From the NCBI GenBank assembly GCA_963662435.1, contig OY759598.1, positions 1,396,507 to 1,460,506 of the forward strand: a stretch of 64,000 nucleotides of DNA, written 5' to 3'. Made by a program: the position numbers and the translations under genes. Positions 38,258 to 48,838 of this stretch are shown here, one piece after another. Positions within the stretch are counted from its first letter, which is position 1; each line of letters opens with the position of its first letter. Source of the stretch: Dehalococcoidia bacterium. Its GTDB lineage: Bacteria > Chloroflexota > Dehalococcoidia > Lucifugimonadales > VXLM01. The notes under the pieces are model-generated. The model had not been told where the DNA came from. It saw only the letters and a program-made list of their open reading frames with translations, and searched no databases.

Positions 38258-40636
38258 CTATGGTTTTGGCATCCGGTAGCCGACGCGGGGCTCGGTAAAG
38301 ATGTACCTTGAATTGTTGGCATCGTCTCCTAGCTTGCGACGCAGGTTCTTCACGGTACTCCGAAGCAGATCAACGTCTCCTGAGTACTCCAATCCCCAGA
38401 CCCGCTGCAAGATCTGGTCGTGGGTCAGTACCCGACCGGCACTGATCGACAGCTCGAAGAGAAGCTTGTACTCCGTCGCTGACAACTTCACCGGACGCCC
38501 GGATACGGTCACACTGCGGTCCGTATAGTTGATCGTCAAGTCTTCCCGCTTGTAAGGCTGACGGGACCCGTTCGCACCTACCCCTCTCCGCTTCCGCAGG
38601 GACGAGGCGACTCTAGCGAGGAGTTCGGTCGAAGAGAAGGGCTTTACGACATAGTCCTCGGCTCCCATGTCGAGAGCCTTCGCTACGTTCTCCTCCTGGT
38701 CGTTCGCCGACAGGAAGATGATCGGCACATCGGACACCTCGCGGATGCGGCCCATCAGCTCGAATCCGCTGACGCCGGGAAGCATCAGGTCCAGCAGGAC
38801 GAGATGCGGCTGCTCTATCTCCAATAGCCGCATCATCTCGTCCGGGTTGCCGGTCCCAAAGAGCTTGTACCCGTGTTCGGAGAGGATGTTCCGGAGAAGC
38901 CACAGCGCTTGAGACTCGTCGTCCACCGCGAGAATCCTAACCTGATCACTCGGCGCTACGGCAGCATCGCCGTAGGACAGTGGAGCGGGGGCGGCGGCCA
39001 CGGGAATAGTAAACGTGATCCGTGTGCCGCGCTCATCGCCACCACTCTCGGCTGTGATGCGGCCTCCATGCGCCTCGACTATCCCCTTGCAGATCGCAAG
39101 CCCCAGACCTTCACCTGCAATCTTCCGCTCGCGGCCGTCGCCATCTATCCGTGAGAATTTCTTGAACAGCCTCACCAACTGATCGGAAGGGATTCCCATG
39201 CCGTCATCCGTTACCGAGATTCGCACGTGGTGTCCCTTTCGCGATCCGGTCACCCTGATCGTGGAGAACTCCGGCGAATACTTGGCTGCATTGGACAGCA
39301 GGTTGTCCATCACCTGGGTGATGCGCCTTCTGTCCGCAGTGATTGGAGGCAGGTCCTGGTCAAGGTTTACATCAACGGTGTTCCGTGCCCCACGACGGAT
39401 GAACGCGGCCTTCGCTTCGTCGACCAGGGACTTCACATCCGTGGATTTGAGAGTTACCGATAAGGCCCCCGCCTCTATCCGCGTCATGTCGAGAAGGTTG
39501 TTGACGAGGCCCCGCAGGTGATCGGACTGTTCGTCTATCATTCGGAAGTACTGGAGCACCTCCGATATATCCATCGGGTCGGAACTGCTCAGCACGATAC
39601 TCGTGCAGCCCTTGATGGTGGTCAGGGGCGTTCGCAGCTCGTGACTCACCATGGCGAGGAACTCATTGCGCTGGCGTTCGATCTCCTCCAAAGGTGTCAT
39701 GTCCTGGATCACCGCGACGGCGGATACGATCTTCCCGTCATCGGAGTAGATCGGTGTCGCGTTGACGAGAGTGGTCACCTTCCGCCCGTCGGGGAGATTC
39801 AGTAATATCTCTTCGGCCCGCACCACCTCGCCGTGGTCCAGCGCCCTCGCTAGCGGACGTTCGTGGCTCTCGTATTTCCTTCCGTCCGTCCTTCGGTAGA
39901 TCGCCACCTCGTGGTACCGCACGAGCGTGGAGCCGGGCTCGGGCGACATGCCCAGGATGCGCTCGGCTTCCTGGTTGACAGACGCGAATGTCCTCGTGGC
40001 GGCGTCAACCACCATGACACCCACAGGCGACGACTCGACCAGCGCCGCCAATCGACGCCTTTCGGTCTCCGACTCATCCCTAGCCCGCTGCTCCTCCCGG
40101 TGCCTGCGGGCGTTGACGATGGCCATCGCCGCGTGGGAGGCGAACATCAGCAGCGTGTCCTCGTCCTCCTGGGTGAACTCCAAGCCACCCTCTTTGTCCG
40201 ATAGGTACAGATTGCCGAGGTACTGGCCCCGGTGTCGTATGGCCGCGCCCAAGAAGCTCTTGATCGGCCCCAGGGGAGGGCCGACCTCGGGAAGGCCCGC
40301 CGACGCGATGTGGGACGAGAAGTCCGCCACCCTCAGCGGTTCGGACATCCCGGTCAGGTAGTGGAAGAACTCCATGCCGCCCGGCAGGTCGACGAACAGC
40401 CGGTGCTCCTCCTCGGTGACGCCGGAGGTGACGAACGCCTCCAGTTGCCGGGACCGGTCGACAACGATGATGCACCCCCTAGTGGCGTCGGTCAGGGAGC
40501 GCGCCCCGTCGGCGACCTCCTGCAACACGGTGTCGAGGTCCCAGCTCTGGGTGATGCGGAGGCCGACCTCGCTCAGCTTGGAGAGGCGCGCCCTCAGCCT
40601 GTCGACCTCTCGCAGCTCCGAATCGTCCCTCTTCAA
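38258..40636 (-). CDS. Soluble hybrid GAF-PAS-histidine kinase-receiver-OmpR winged-helix protein
   Basis: SHELRTPL, NLLSNAAKY, DDGMGI, GLGLAI, ILAVDD..LLDLMLP..KPF, LSATEYKLL...IFTEPRVGY. Confidence 0.92.
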   Translation of the reverse strand: MKRDDSELREVDRLRARLSKLSEVGLRITQSWDLDTVLQEVADGARSLTDATRGCIIVVDRSRQLEAFVTSGVTEEEHRLFVDLPGGMEFFHYLTGMSEPLRVADFSSHIASAGLPEVGPPLGPIKSFLGAAIRHRGQYLGNLYLSDKEGGLEFTQEDEDTLLMFASHAAMAIVNARRHREEQRARDESETERRRLAALVESSPVGVMVVDAATRTFASVNQEAERILGMSPEPGSTLVRYHEVAIYRRTDGRKYESHERPLARALDHGEVVRAEEILLNLPDGRKVTTLVNATPIYSDDGKIVSAVAVIQDMTPLEEIERQRNEFLAMVSHELRTPLTTIKGCTSIVLSSSDPMDISEVLQYFRMIDEQSDHLRGLVNNLLDMTRIEAGALSVTLKSTDVKSLVDEAKAAFIRRGARNTVDVNLDQDLPPITADRRRITQVMDNLLSNAAKYSPEFSTIRVTGSRKGHHVRISVTDDGMGIPSDQLVRLFKKFSRIDGDGRERKIAGEGLGLAICKGIVEAHGGRITAESGGDERGTRITFTIPVAAAPAPLSYGDAAVAPSDQVRILAVDDESQALWLLRNILSEHGYKLFGTGNPDEMMRLLEIEQPHLVLLDLMLPGVSGFELMGRIREVSDVPIIFLSANDQEENVAKALDMGAEDYVVKPFSSTELLARVASSLRKRRGVGANGSRQPYKREDLTINYTDRSVTVSGRPVKLSATEYKLLFELSISAGRVLTHDQILQRVWGLEYSGDVDLLRSTVKNLRRKLGDDANNSRYIFTEPRVGYRMPKP

Positions 40637-40726
40637 TGACCGCCCCTGGTGAGTTCCTGCATCACCTCACGGCCTCGTGTCCGTCAGGTGGCGCCCCGGC
40701 GATTGTATCACGGTCACCAGTAGGGC

Positions 40727-40798
40727 TTTCATGGAAACACGGGAAACTTTCATGGGTTCTTTCATGGAAGTGGGATGGTTTTTCATGGCCATTTCATA
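40727..40798. promoter_or_regulatory. Phased TTTCATGG direct repeats (response-regulator boxes)
   Basis: Copies at 40727, 40748, 40760, 40781 and TTTCATA at 40792 (spacings 21, 12, 21, 11). Confidence 0.65.
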
Positions 40799-41030
40799 TC
40801 GACCCCTTATCGTAAATAGCATCACGAGTTATCGGAGGCGCCAAGTGACTGGATATCCGATTCATACCAAGGGGCAGTGCGTAAAGCGGTGCATCTGTCG
40901 ATGCCCCTGCCAGTAGAGGATGAAGGACAGCTCTTCATCCGGATGCGCAGGGGCAAGGAAGGATCGCATGACGAGTCCAAAGCGCGTCTCCGACGTGATT
41001 ATCCGAGAGAACATTCGAGGAGGTAAAGCA

Positions 41031-41141
41031 ATGAGCAAGAGAAATCTGGCTATCGGCATCGCGGTGGCAACCGTCGGAGTCCTGGCGCTTACACCGCAGA
41101 TGATAAAGGTCGGCAAGCGGTGGCGGCGACGTCCGGCATGA
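41031..41141 (+). CDS. 36-aa single-TM peptide
   Basis: SD GGAGGT; MSKRNLAIGIAVATVGVLALTPQMIKVGKRWRRRPA. Confidence 0.5.
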   Translation: MSKRNLAIGIAVATVGVLALTPQMIKVGKRWRRRPA

Positions 41142-41290
41142 AGGTCATGAGGGTGCGGACGTCGAGGACGTGGCAGCGCTCTCGGCGTCCAACCTCTCCT
41201 ACCCTCATTAATCCCTAGGCAGCTTTGACGAGTAAGGTCTAACAGAGGCGCAATGGGAACCGGCTGTGAGACGAGGAGGAGGCGAGCACC

Positions 41291-41599
41291 ATGTTGAGAG
41301 CATTACACGGAACGGCGGTTCGGCTGTTGCCCAGGTCTGCAGTCGAGTATGTCTACATAACTGACGTCATCAAATATTACCCGCTTGGCTTCCATACGCG
41401 GGACAACGCGGTTGTTGCGGGCGTGAACCTCTACACCCGGCAGCACTTCCCGCCGGACGCCGACTCGTTCAGGCACGCCTTTGGCGTTCACCGCTCTGAC
41501 TGCGAGCGAGTCGACAACATTCCGAACACCTCGATCCCGTGCGATGCCGACGAACCTGACGGCCACTGTTGGGAAGGGGCTGTCGAGATTCAACGCTAG
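41291..41599 (+). CDS. Hypothetical protein
   Basis: SD GAGGAGG; 102 aa; no motif recognised. Confidence 0.45.
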   Translation: MLRALHGTAVRLLPRSAVEYVYITDVIKYYPLGFHTRDNAVVAGVNLYTRQHFPPDADSFRHAFGVHRSDCERVDNIPNTSIPCDADEPDGHCWEGAVEIQR

Positions 41600-41628
41600 G
41601 TCCTGTGTTTTGCGGGAGGAGATCAACG

Positions 41629-42114
41629 ATGAAAAGGCCGAATGTGATTGCCTATAGCGTAGCGGCTGTAATCATGGCAGTGTTGGTCCTTGGCGCACTC
41701 ACCATGATCCGGGTCGTCGGCTTCAACGCTGATCTGGACTTTTCGGTCGAGACCGTAGAGGAGTATGCGAGGTGGTGCGGCAGATTGGGCGACCCCGTGG
41801 TCAAGGAATTGGACAGAGGCAGGGGAGTGTCGGGTTGGGGCAATATCGCAGAGGTCCTCGTCGTTCCGATACGAGAGGCTGAGGCCATCGACCCGGCGCC
41901 GCCCGGGCTGGAAGAGTTCCACGAGGCGAAGCTGGCAAGCCTGAAGGGAATGCACGACCTCGCGCGGACGAAGCACCATGGCCAATACGTAGACAGTATC
42001 GAGATTCGGAAGGAAGCCGCAACCCTCGACCCGTTGGAAGAGGTATTGACCCAAGCGGCCGAGGGCCTCTCGCCTGAGACAGCGAGCACTCTGAGAAATT
42101 CAGGATGCATCTGA
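41629..42114 (+). CDS. Hypothetical membrane-anchored protein
   Basis: SD GGAGGAG; N-terminal TM; YARWCG ... LRNSGCI suggests a disulfide-closed helical domain. Confidence 0.65.
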   Translation: MKRPNVIAYSVAAVIMAVLVLGALTMIRVVGFNADLDFSVETVEEYARWCGRLGDPVVKELDRGRGVSGWGNIAEVLVVPIREAEAIDPAPPGLEEFHEAKLASLKGMHDLARTKHHGQYVDSIEIRKEAATLDPLEEVLTQAAEGLSPETASTLRNSGCI

Positions 42115-42229
42115 CTTGCAAGAACCATCCTCGAGGCCCAGAAGGCCGCGTAACCTGGGATTACAGGAAGCGTTCGGAACGATGCAAGCACCACAAAGAG
42201 GTGACGGAAATGAAAGGGACAACGAACAC

Positions 42230-43639
42230 ATGCGGTTTATCTTCATCGTTGCCGTGGTCGTGGTCATGGCGGCCTGTGGGACGTCCTCTCCTCCGGTGCA
42301 GCCCTCGCCGGTGACCAACGCGACCCAAGCGAACACGCGGGCCACTCCCGAATCGACAGCCGTGCCGGAGTTCGAAGGGACCCTTGAGGGCGACGACCTC
42401 GCCAAGTTCAAGGGCCTGCCCTCGGAGTTCCAGGACGCACTGCGGCAAGAGTTCGATGAGGAGGGCGAGGCCAAAGCGCTCGGTTATCTACGCGGCCTCC
42501 CTGACGAGACACCTACGATCTCGGAGATGTTGGATCCTGCGGCTCTTGGATGGTTCGGCGTCTTGCAGCCGAGCGATCAGCGCTTTCTCCTATTGGAGGG
42601 GTACCCGGAGCTCTACCGAAGGAACGCGCAAGCAAGCCGAGACTTCAAGGGGGTCAAGTTCTCGTACAAGCACATGGTGGGAACCGTGTTCGACAATCGC
42701 GGGGTGAAGCTGCCGCCCATCGAAGAGGCGCTTTCGGCGGACGCGCAGGCGAAGCTCGACTCCATGGACGCGCCCCTGTCGCGGGCATTCAGGCTTGCGT
42801 GGGCCGAAGAAAAGCCCCGCCTGACGGAGGTGGATGATTCGATCAAGCGCGTGGAGGGCGGTCTGCTGACGGCACCCAGGGAAATGCCGTCCCTGGCGGA
42901 ACTGGGCCTTTCCGATGCGAGCATCGCGCAATTCCGCGCGCTTCCAGCCGAGATGCGAGACTGGCTCTGGAAGTAGGTGGCGCACGAACTGGTCACAAGG
43001 GGAAGCCTGAGCACCTACTCTGTCATGCGGGATGAGTACATCCAGGTACTCTCGGAACCCGAGGCCTTGACTACCTTCAACCAAGGGATCATGCCGGTGC
43101 CGGAGTTCTCACACGTGGGAACGACGTTCGCATGCCTGGGAGGGCCCACCACGTGGCCGGATTCGGTGGCGGCGAGGATGCCGGAGAGCTTTGGAGACCG
43201 ACCGGCCGTCTTCCTTCCCCCGTTCGAGGACGCGCTCTCTTCCGAGGCATTGGGCCGGCTGAACGAGCTGGACTCGAAGCTCCGGGCGGCCTTTGAAGAC
43301 CGATGGAAGTGGTCCGGACCTTTCTCGCCCCAAAAGGGCTTCTGCGAGATATCCAAGCTCGAACGCGGCATCCTCTACATCCCCACGACGACCGCGCCCA
43401 CCGCCGAATCCCTGCTGTCGCGGGAAGGGACAGCCCGCTACGCGACACTCTCCGATGAGTCCCGACAGCAGCTCGAGCGCGTCATTGCGGATTCCATCAT
43501 TATCGGGTGGGTTATCGACCCTCGCGGGGGAGGACCTGTGATGTCCTTCAATACCCCACACGATGAATTCCTGGACGCGCTTGGGGCCGACTTGGAAGAC
43601 CGAGTCAAGATCTGGACCGACAGCCGTGCAGATTCGTAG
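42230..43639 (+). pseudogene. Repeat-containing lipoprotein interrupted by an in-frame TAG (42974-42976)
   Basis: Lipobox MAACG; ORFs 42116-42976 and 42977-43639 are contiguous in one frame and share a repeat motif. Confidence 0.7.
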
Positions 43640-43772
43640 CGGTTGCGCGTGAAGCGGCACAGAAGGCCGGGAGAATCACACGATCGTGTGATTACAGGCG
43701 CCGGGAAGGCCGCGTAACCTGGGGTTACAGGGAAACGGGCGATGGTACACGCAGCGCAAGGAGGCTACGCAT

Positions 43773-44729
43773 ATGAAAGGGATAAAGCACATGCGGTTTT
43801 TCTTCATCGTTGCCGTGCTCGTGGTCGTGGTCGTGGCGGCCTGTGGGACGTCCCCTCATTCAGGGCAGCCCTCGCAGGTGACCCACGCTGTCCAGGCGAA
43901 GACGCAGGCCACTGCCGAACCGACCGCACTGCCTCCGACTCCGACTCGCAGCCCAACGCCACCCCCGCTCACTCCAACCCCTGAGCCGAGCAATTTGCCG
44001 CCAGCCGTGCAAGTTCTCTCAGTTGACTACCAAGAGGCATTCAGGTTGCTACCTGATGGGGAGTGGGCGCAGAAGTTCTACCTGCACACCACGTTTGACG
44101 ACTTTGATCGGGACCGGTTTGCAAGGGCAAGTGACACTGACCCGGTCAATGCCACTATCCCCATAACCCCATTCGATGCAGGGGACGTGTTCAATTTGAA
44201 GCGAGTCCTAGAAGCTGACAAGGAGTGGGTGGAATCTAAAGTAAGAGAACTTGCTCCCGACTACTCGGATAGGTTCAACGATGCTCATACCACTGATACT
44301 AGAATTGCAGTCCTCGATGAGGCAGTTATGGCCGGAGCGGTTCGGAGTGAAGTGTTTGTGGCAGAATTATATTTCCGTTGGCAGGCGTTACTCTCGGGCA
44401 TGACATGGGAAGAAGTAGACCAAGACATAGCCCGGACCCTCCAAATGATGCAGGTTTCGGATCTGTGGTATACGGTTTCCGAGAAGGAAATGATTATCAG
44501 GCACAACGAACTTCGAGTCTGCCGATTGCTTATGTCCGAGCTTGTCGGAGTACGTCATACCCTCGATGTGATAGAAAACAATGAGTGCGACCTAGAGAAA
44601 ACCCTAGAACTGGCGAACGGTGCCCTGCTGTCCGGAAAGGTCCCACCGAACGAGGCGGAGTATAAGGCATGGTTCGAGGGACATGAGAGATTGACTGATG
44701 AGGCCCGCAATAGTTTGCAGACTCCGTAG
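43773..44729 (+). CDS. Lipoprotein of unknown function
   Basis: SD AAGGAGG; VVVVAACGTS lipobox, PT linker; leader near-identical to the 42230 gene. Confidence 0.8.
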   Translation: MKGIKHMRFFFIVAVLVVVVVAACGTSPHSGQPSQVTHAVQAKTQATAEPTALPPTPTRSPTPPPLTPTPEPSNLPPAVQVLSVDYQEAFRLLPDGEWAQKFYLHTTFDDFDRDRFARASDTDPVNATIPITPFDAGDVFNLKRVLEADKEWVESKVRELAPDYSDRFNDAHTTDTRIAVLDEAVMAGAVRSEVFVAELYFRWQALLSGMTWEEVDQDIARTLQMMQVSDLWYTVSEKEMIIRHNELRVCRLLMSELVGVRHTLDVIENNECDLEKTLELANGALLSGKVPPNEAEYKAWFEGHERLTDEARNSLQTP

Positions 44730-44944
44730 GCGTTGGAATCGCGCAACCGTAGATGTGATTGGTTGGGTGACTGCCGTTGGGTTGTGGGCTGTCTTTGGTG
44801 GCAACCCTGATACGTTGCCGGGATTCCTCGGCATAATGGGGATTAGCTTGTTCGGTATGGGCTTTTTGATGATCGTACAATATGACGGGTGGTACGAATT
44901 CAAGCCTTGGTGTGATACGTAGGTTGGGGCTTTCTCATCATGGT

Positions 44945-45253
44945 TCAGGGCTTACTTCGCAGATACTTTGCTACTCCTATACATACTGCGGTTCCCATAA
45001 ACACAATTGGCATGGTAAATATAGTAGACGCTGATGCACGAAGTATATCTGTCGGACTGTCAAGAGAGGCACCAGTGAAAAAGAAGAGCAAGTCTACCAA
45101 ATTCCAGACGGTGTAGAGTATGCCGCCTACCAATATAGAGACTGCTGCGACCTCATAGAGCCTAGGATTGTACAGTATTCGCATGGTGTTTCTCCATGTA
45201 ACTTGCGCTTCTCTGACAAAAGGTTCACCATGCTTCATTGTGCTGTCTGTCAT
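44945..45253 (-). CDS. Small 2-TM membrane protein
   Basis: Two hydrophobic segments; ATGA-coupled to the upstream gene; AT-rich. Confidence 0.55.
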   Translation of the reverse strand: MTDSTMKHGEPFVREAQVTWRNTMRILYNPRLYEVAAVSILVGGILYTVWNLVDLLFFFTGASLDSPTDILRASASTIFTMPIVFMGTAVCIGVAKYLRSKP

Positions 45254-45513
45254 CGGACTTGTTCGAGTGGAGCCACTGAGACATCGTGTTCGGTTGTCTC
45301 ATATGCAATGCCAAAGAACATTAAGAACAGAACATAGATTACGCCGATGATTGCCAGGAATGTCGATCCCAAAGCGACGGCTCTAACAGCCCCCGACTCA
45401 TCAGCCCGCTTATAGATTCTCCAAGCGACGAAGGCGATACCGACAAAGACACCGCCAATGATCAACGTGAAGAGTAGGCTAACTACTGTTGCTGTCGGCA
45501 TGGGAGTACTCAT
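45250..45513 (-). CDS. Small 2-TM membrane protein
   Basis: Two hydrophobic segments; starts immediately after the IS-end remnant. Confidence 0.55.
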   Translation of the reverse strand: MSTPMPTATVVSLLFTLIIGGVFVGIAFVAWRIYKRADESGAVRAVALGSTFLAIIGVIYVLFLMFFGIAYETTEHDVSVAPLEQVR

Positions 45514-45517
45514 CTTT

Positions 45518-45609
45518 CCCAGGATTCTCCATATCGGGGGTCTTCAGGCTCAATGGGCAGTCCAAACGAGATGATAGCATGATTTCGGGTCCTGCAAGGC
45601 CATTCAGTC
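45518..45609. repeat. Remnant copy of the IS1380 downstream end
   Basis: CCCAGGATTCTCCATAT..TCTTCAGGCTCAATGGGCAGTCCAAACGAGAT..TCCTGCAAGG matches 46218-46310. Confidence 0.75.
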
Positions 45610-45830
45610 GGAATAGCCCGCTCTGCTGATACGGCGGCTCCCAAAGGTCGGCTCAATCCTAATCGGGAAGTATCTTGCGCTTGGGCAGCCCCCGACGAGG
45701 CTGGGGTACTCACTGGGGACGAAGCTCCGGTGCTAGGCGTATCGCCCGAGGGTGTCGTCTCGGTCCCACAGGCGACGAGGGCAAAGAGAACGACCAATAG
45801 CGCCACCAAGGTTAGGAAACTATGTACCGT
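45610..45830 (-). pseudogene. Truncated lipoprotein N-terminus
   Basis: FLTLVALLVVLFALVACGTETTPSGDTPST runs into the IS-end remnant; start uncertain. Confidence 0.45.
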
Positions 45831-45890
45831 CAATGCCCTGTATAGGTGCCAATGGCGACATCTCCGTGCCACCAACTAGGAAATGGGCTG

Positions 45891-45919
45891 TTGACAAGCG
45901 AGTATGTTAATGATATTAT
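45891..45919 (+). promoter_or_regulatory. Near-consensus sigma70 promoter
   Basis: TTGACA, 17 bp, TATTAT. Confidence 0.65.
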
Positions 45920-46053
45920 ATCTCGTTCTGTAGAAGTTCTGACCGGCATAATGGCTTATTCTATTGATACTTTATGTCATACGAGCCACTTGATGCGTAA
46001 TGCCACAAAAGACAGAGGTTGGGACCACGAGTAATTCAAGAAAGGAGGCAGGT

Positions 46054-46236
46054 ATGTTGAAGGCAATCATCAAGTTCATCAAGCCCGCCGGGCCCGGTGC
46101 CAAATTCGAGCGGTACCTTCAGAAGCTCCAGCGGCTCGACCCCACCGGTGCGCCGACGCGAGAGCAGGCCAAGCGCGACTTCCGCGATCTGCGGGACCTT
46201 GACGCGTTCAGTTTCTACCCGGTATTCCTCATATAG
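46054..46236 (+). CDS. Small hypothetical protein; last codons supplied by the IS end
   Basis: SD AAGGAGG; FERYLQKLQRLDPTGAPTREQAKRDFR. Confidence 0.6.
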   Translation: MLKAIIKFIKPAGPGAKFERYLQKLQRLDPTGAPTREQAKRDFRDLRDLDAFSFYPVFLI

Positions 46237-47963
46237 GGAGTCTTCAGGCTCAATTGGCAGTCCAAACGAGATAATGGCATCATAGTCAGGTCCTGCAAGG
46301 TCATTCAATCTCCGGTCAATCCAATTAGGAATGCGTTTCGAGCCGTGAACCTTGCTTCTTGTTCATCTTTGTCGTCTTCGGGCCCTCGCCAATGGGGTGA
46401 AAACGCAGTGAAGACAAGCCGACTCCCTGGAGCTCTCTCCCTCTTGGCACAATCGTGGTTATACCCTTCCTCAGTTTGGTGCCGGTGATAACCGGCCGAT
46501 ACGATCCAACACTCCCTCGAACAACCGTCGAGGAACCGACACCTCGGACAACTGGAAGATCAACCGCCGGGAGTGCCGAACCAGACGACCTCCCATCTTG
46601 ATCAGCTTGACCTGTACGCTCCGCAGCGAACAGCGCCTGACCGCCTTGGGCAGACATAACCGGCGAAGGAAGTTCCCAAGGTTGTACGCCAGGACGAACA
46701 GAGTCAGACGCACCCGGTTGGCCACGAATCGATGGCACGACTGCCGAGTCCAGTTCAGCGCGTACTTCCCTTCCTTGATCCACTGCTCGGCTGTCCCACG
46801 ACCATTGTAGAATCGCACCACTCCTTCGGGGCCAGCCGTCGTGTTCGTGACAATGAAGCCCACCCGAGGGAACAGCTCTCCCCTATGCTACTCCACCTTG
46901 GCCACCACCCGGCGTGCACGGTCCCAACTCTCAGCACGATACCAAAAGTCGTCGTATAGGATCACTGGACGCTTCGGCGGCCTCCCCACAGGTCGTATCA
47001 GCAAGGGAGCGATCTCGTATTACAGCACCTTGTTGCTCGGCAGCCGTATTGCGTAGAAGACTCGCTGCTCCTCCAGGTACTCATAGATGTCCGGCTTAGC
47101 GAATGCGGCGTCGGCGCGAAAGTACCGGCGCACTCCTATCGACCCTTAGCGGGAAAGGATCGGATCCAGCACCTGCCTCCACCTGTGCGCGCTATGTACG
47201 TTCCCTGCCCGCAGCTTGGCGCCCTCGCAGTCACCGAACTGGTTGAACACGAACAAAGGGTGATAGCACGTGCTCCCAAAGTGACCGTTGTACGATGCTC
47301 CCTCCTGTTCTCCATGCACCGGACTCTCCGAACTGTCCATGTCCAAGATCACCCGCCGGTGCGGCGTGCGGGACATAGCTCCGTCCACCCACTTGGAGTT
47401 CAGTCGACCCAACCCTTCCACGTTGCCGTCTTGGGTAAGCACCTCGGTCTCGAACCGGCTCATGGTGTTGGTGTAGGCGGCCGGTCTCTCATGACCACCT
47501 CTCCGTCCAACGATGATCCGCATCGTCGGGTCCTGGGCCAGCCGTTCAGCGTCGTTGGTATCCTCGTAGCCTGCCAGACGACTGTACACCGACTGCCCGA
47601 GGAGGCCCACCAATCGGTGCTGGACGTTACGACCGCCCCGACTCTCCTGCAGACACTCATTCGCCGTTTCCGTCAGTCCCAGTGCATCATCCAGCTCGCG
47701 ACAGGCCAACAGTCCGGCGTCTGAGGTGATGGTGGCGCCGCGAAACTCCAACCGTACACGTCGGTCGAAACGGAGCTTGGCGCGGCGGTTGGTGCTTTCA
47801 CCCATAGGGTGCCTCCAGAGTGGGTACGTAATCAAGAACTAAAGCTGTCGGTCACGACCAGTCTAGCACTCATGATAACTGCTATGCTCCGCTATTCGGC
47901 TACAACGGTCGCCTATGTTGCTGCTTACGGCACGCCATGCAGGGTTGATATGGGAAATGTGGG
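46218..47963 (-). mobile_element. IS1380-family insertion sequence (inactive)
   Basis: Imperfect terminal IRs CCCGGTATTCCTCATAT / (rc) CCCACATTTCCCATAT flanking a DDE transposase. Confidence 0.82.
46471..47805 (-). pseudogene. IS1380 transposase with three in-frame stops
   Basis: ITSDAGLL, GYEDTNDAERL, ILDMDSS..HGEQEG, FRADAAF, FYNGRGTAEQWIKEGK; stops at 47146-48, 47020-22, 46888-90; no frameshift. Confidence 0.92.
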
Positions 47964-48284
47964 TTGGGGATATAGCGTTGAGTTCGATGGGGAAGTAGTC
48001 GACAATATGTCACCCAGACCAACTATGGGTGATGACTTACGAAATCACGAATTCATCCGGCGATTACATCCCTGTAGTCAGTGAGGTGAAAGTTGATGTT
48101 GACACCTGCGCCGCAACGCTCATCAATGCCTAGTAAACGAGGGCTTGATTTCAAAATGTAACACTACCGAAGAACGGGGTGTGAGGTGAAGAGACAAAAT
48201 TGGCATGACGAACACCCGAAGGCGTGCACGTGCCAAAGTTGTACAGATAGACGCCTGCGTAAGGTGCAAGCGGACCTTTAGCCT

Positions 48285-48824
48285 GTGCTACCACCAACGC
48301 CTTCTGGCTCCAGACCACCGAAGCCGCTGAACATCGGATCCGGGAGGAAGAGAGGAAGGCGCAGGAGATACAGAATGCCCTGGTTGTTTATTGGCCTTGC
48401 GGTTGCCATCGCCGCCTATATCGTGTGGTCCGATACGGCAGGCGCTCAGGAAACGGTTAGTGGTCTTTGCTCGAGCACCACTGACAAAGTTTCCGAGGTT
48501 ATGAACTCCGAACCCGCGCCGCCACCGACGAGGCGGGAAGTCCTGCGCCGCGCCGACGACCTGAGCACCCTGTGGTGGGCGCTTGCCCTGTCTCCATCCG
48601 TTGCCGACTGTCAGGATGCTTTAAGGATTGTACTTGCGTGGAGAAATGAGATGGAAGAAAAGTATGGCCCAATTGCTCCTGTCGACATTTTCGACGCACT
48701 CGACGCCAACTTTCTCAGGAATGCGGCACAGCAAGGTCTTGATAGGGGAATAGGAACACGCGAAATGTGGGAGAGATTGGACGATTTCGACAATCTCATT
48801 AAGAGAGTAGACCGCGCTTGTTGA
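48285..48824 (+). CDS. Hypothetical membrane-anchored protein
   Basis: Basic stretch then TM PWLFIGLAVAIAAYIVW; start uncertain. Confidence 0.55.
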   Translation: MLPPTPSGSRPPKPLNIGSGRKRGRRRRYRMPWLFIGLAVAIAAYIVWSDTAGAQETVSGLCSSTTDKVSEVMNSEPAPPPTRREVLRRADDLSTLWWALALSPSVADCQDALRIVLAWRNEMEEKYGPIAPVDIFDALDANFLRNAAQQGLDRGIGTREMWERLDDFDNLIKRVDRAC

Positions 48825-48838
48825 GAAAGGAAGCTGAC

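Noticed and set aside
46888..47148. Stop-codon recoding suggested by in-frame stops in the IS1380 transposase and at 42974 and 50597
   Set aside because: The stops are mixed (TAA, TAG, TGA) and confined to accessory genes, while housekeeping genes use normal stops; consistent with pseudogenisation
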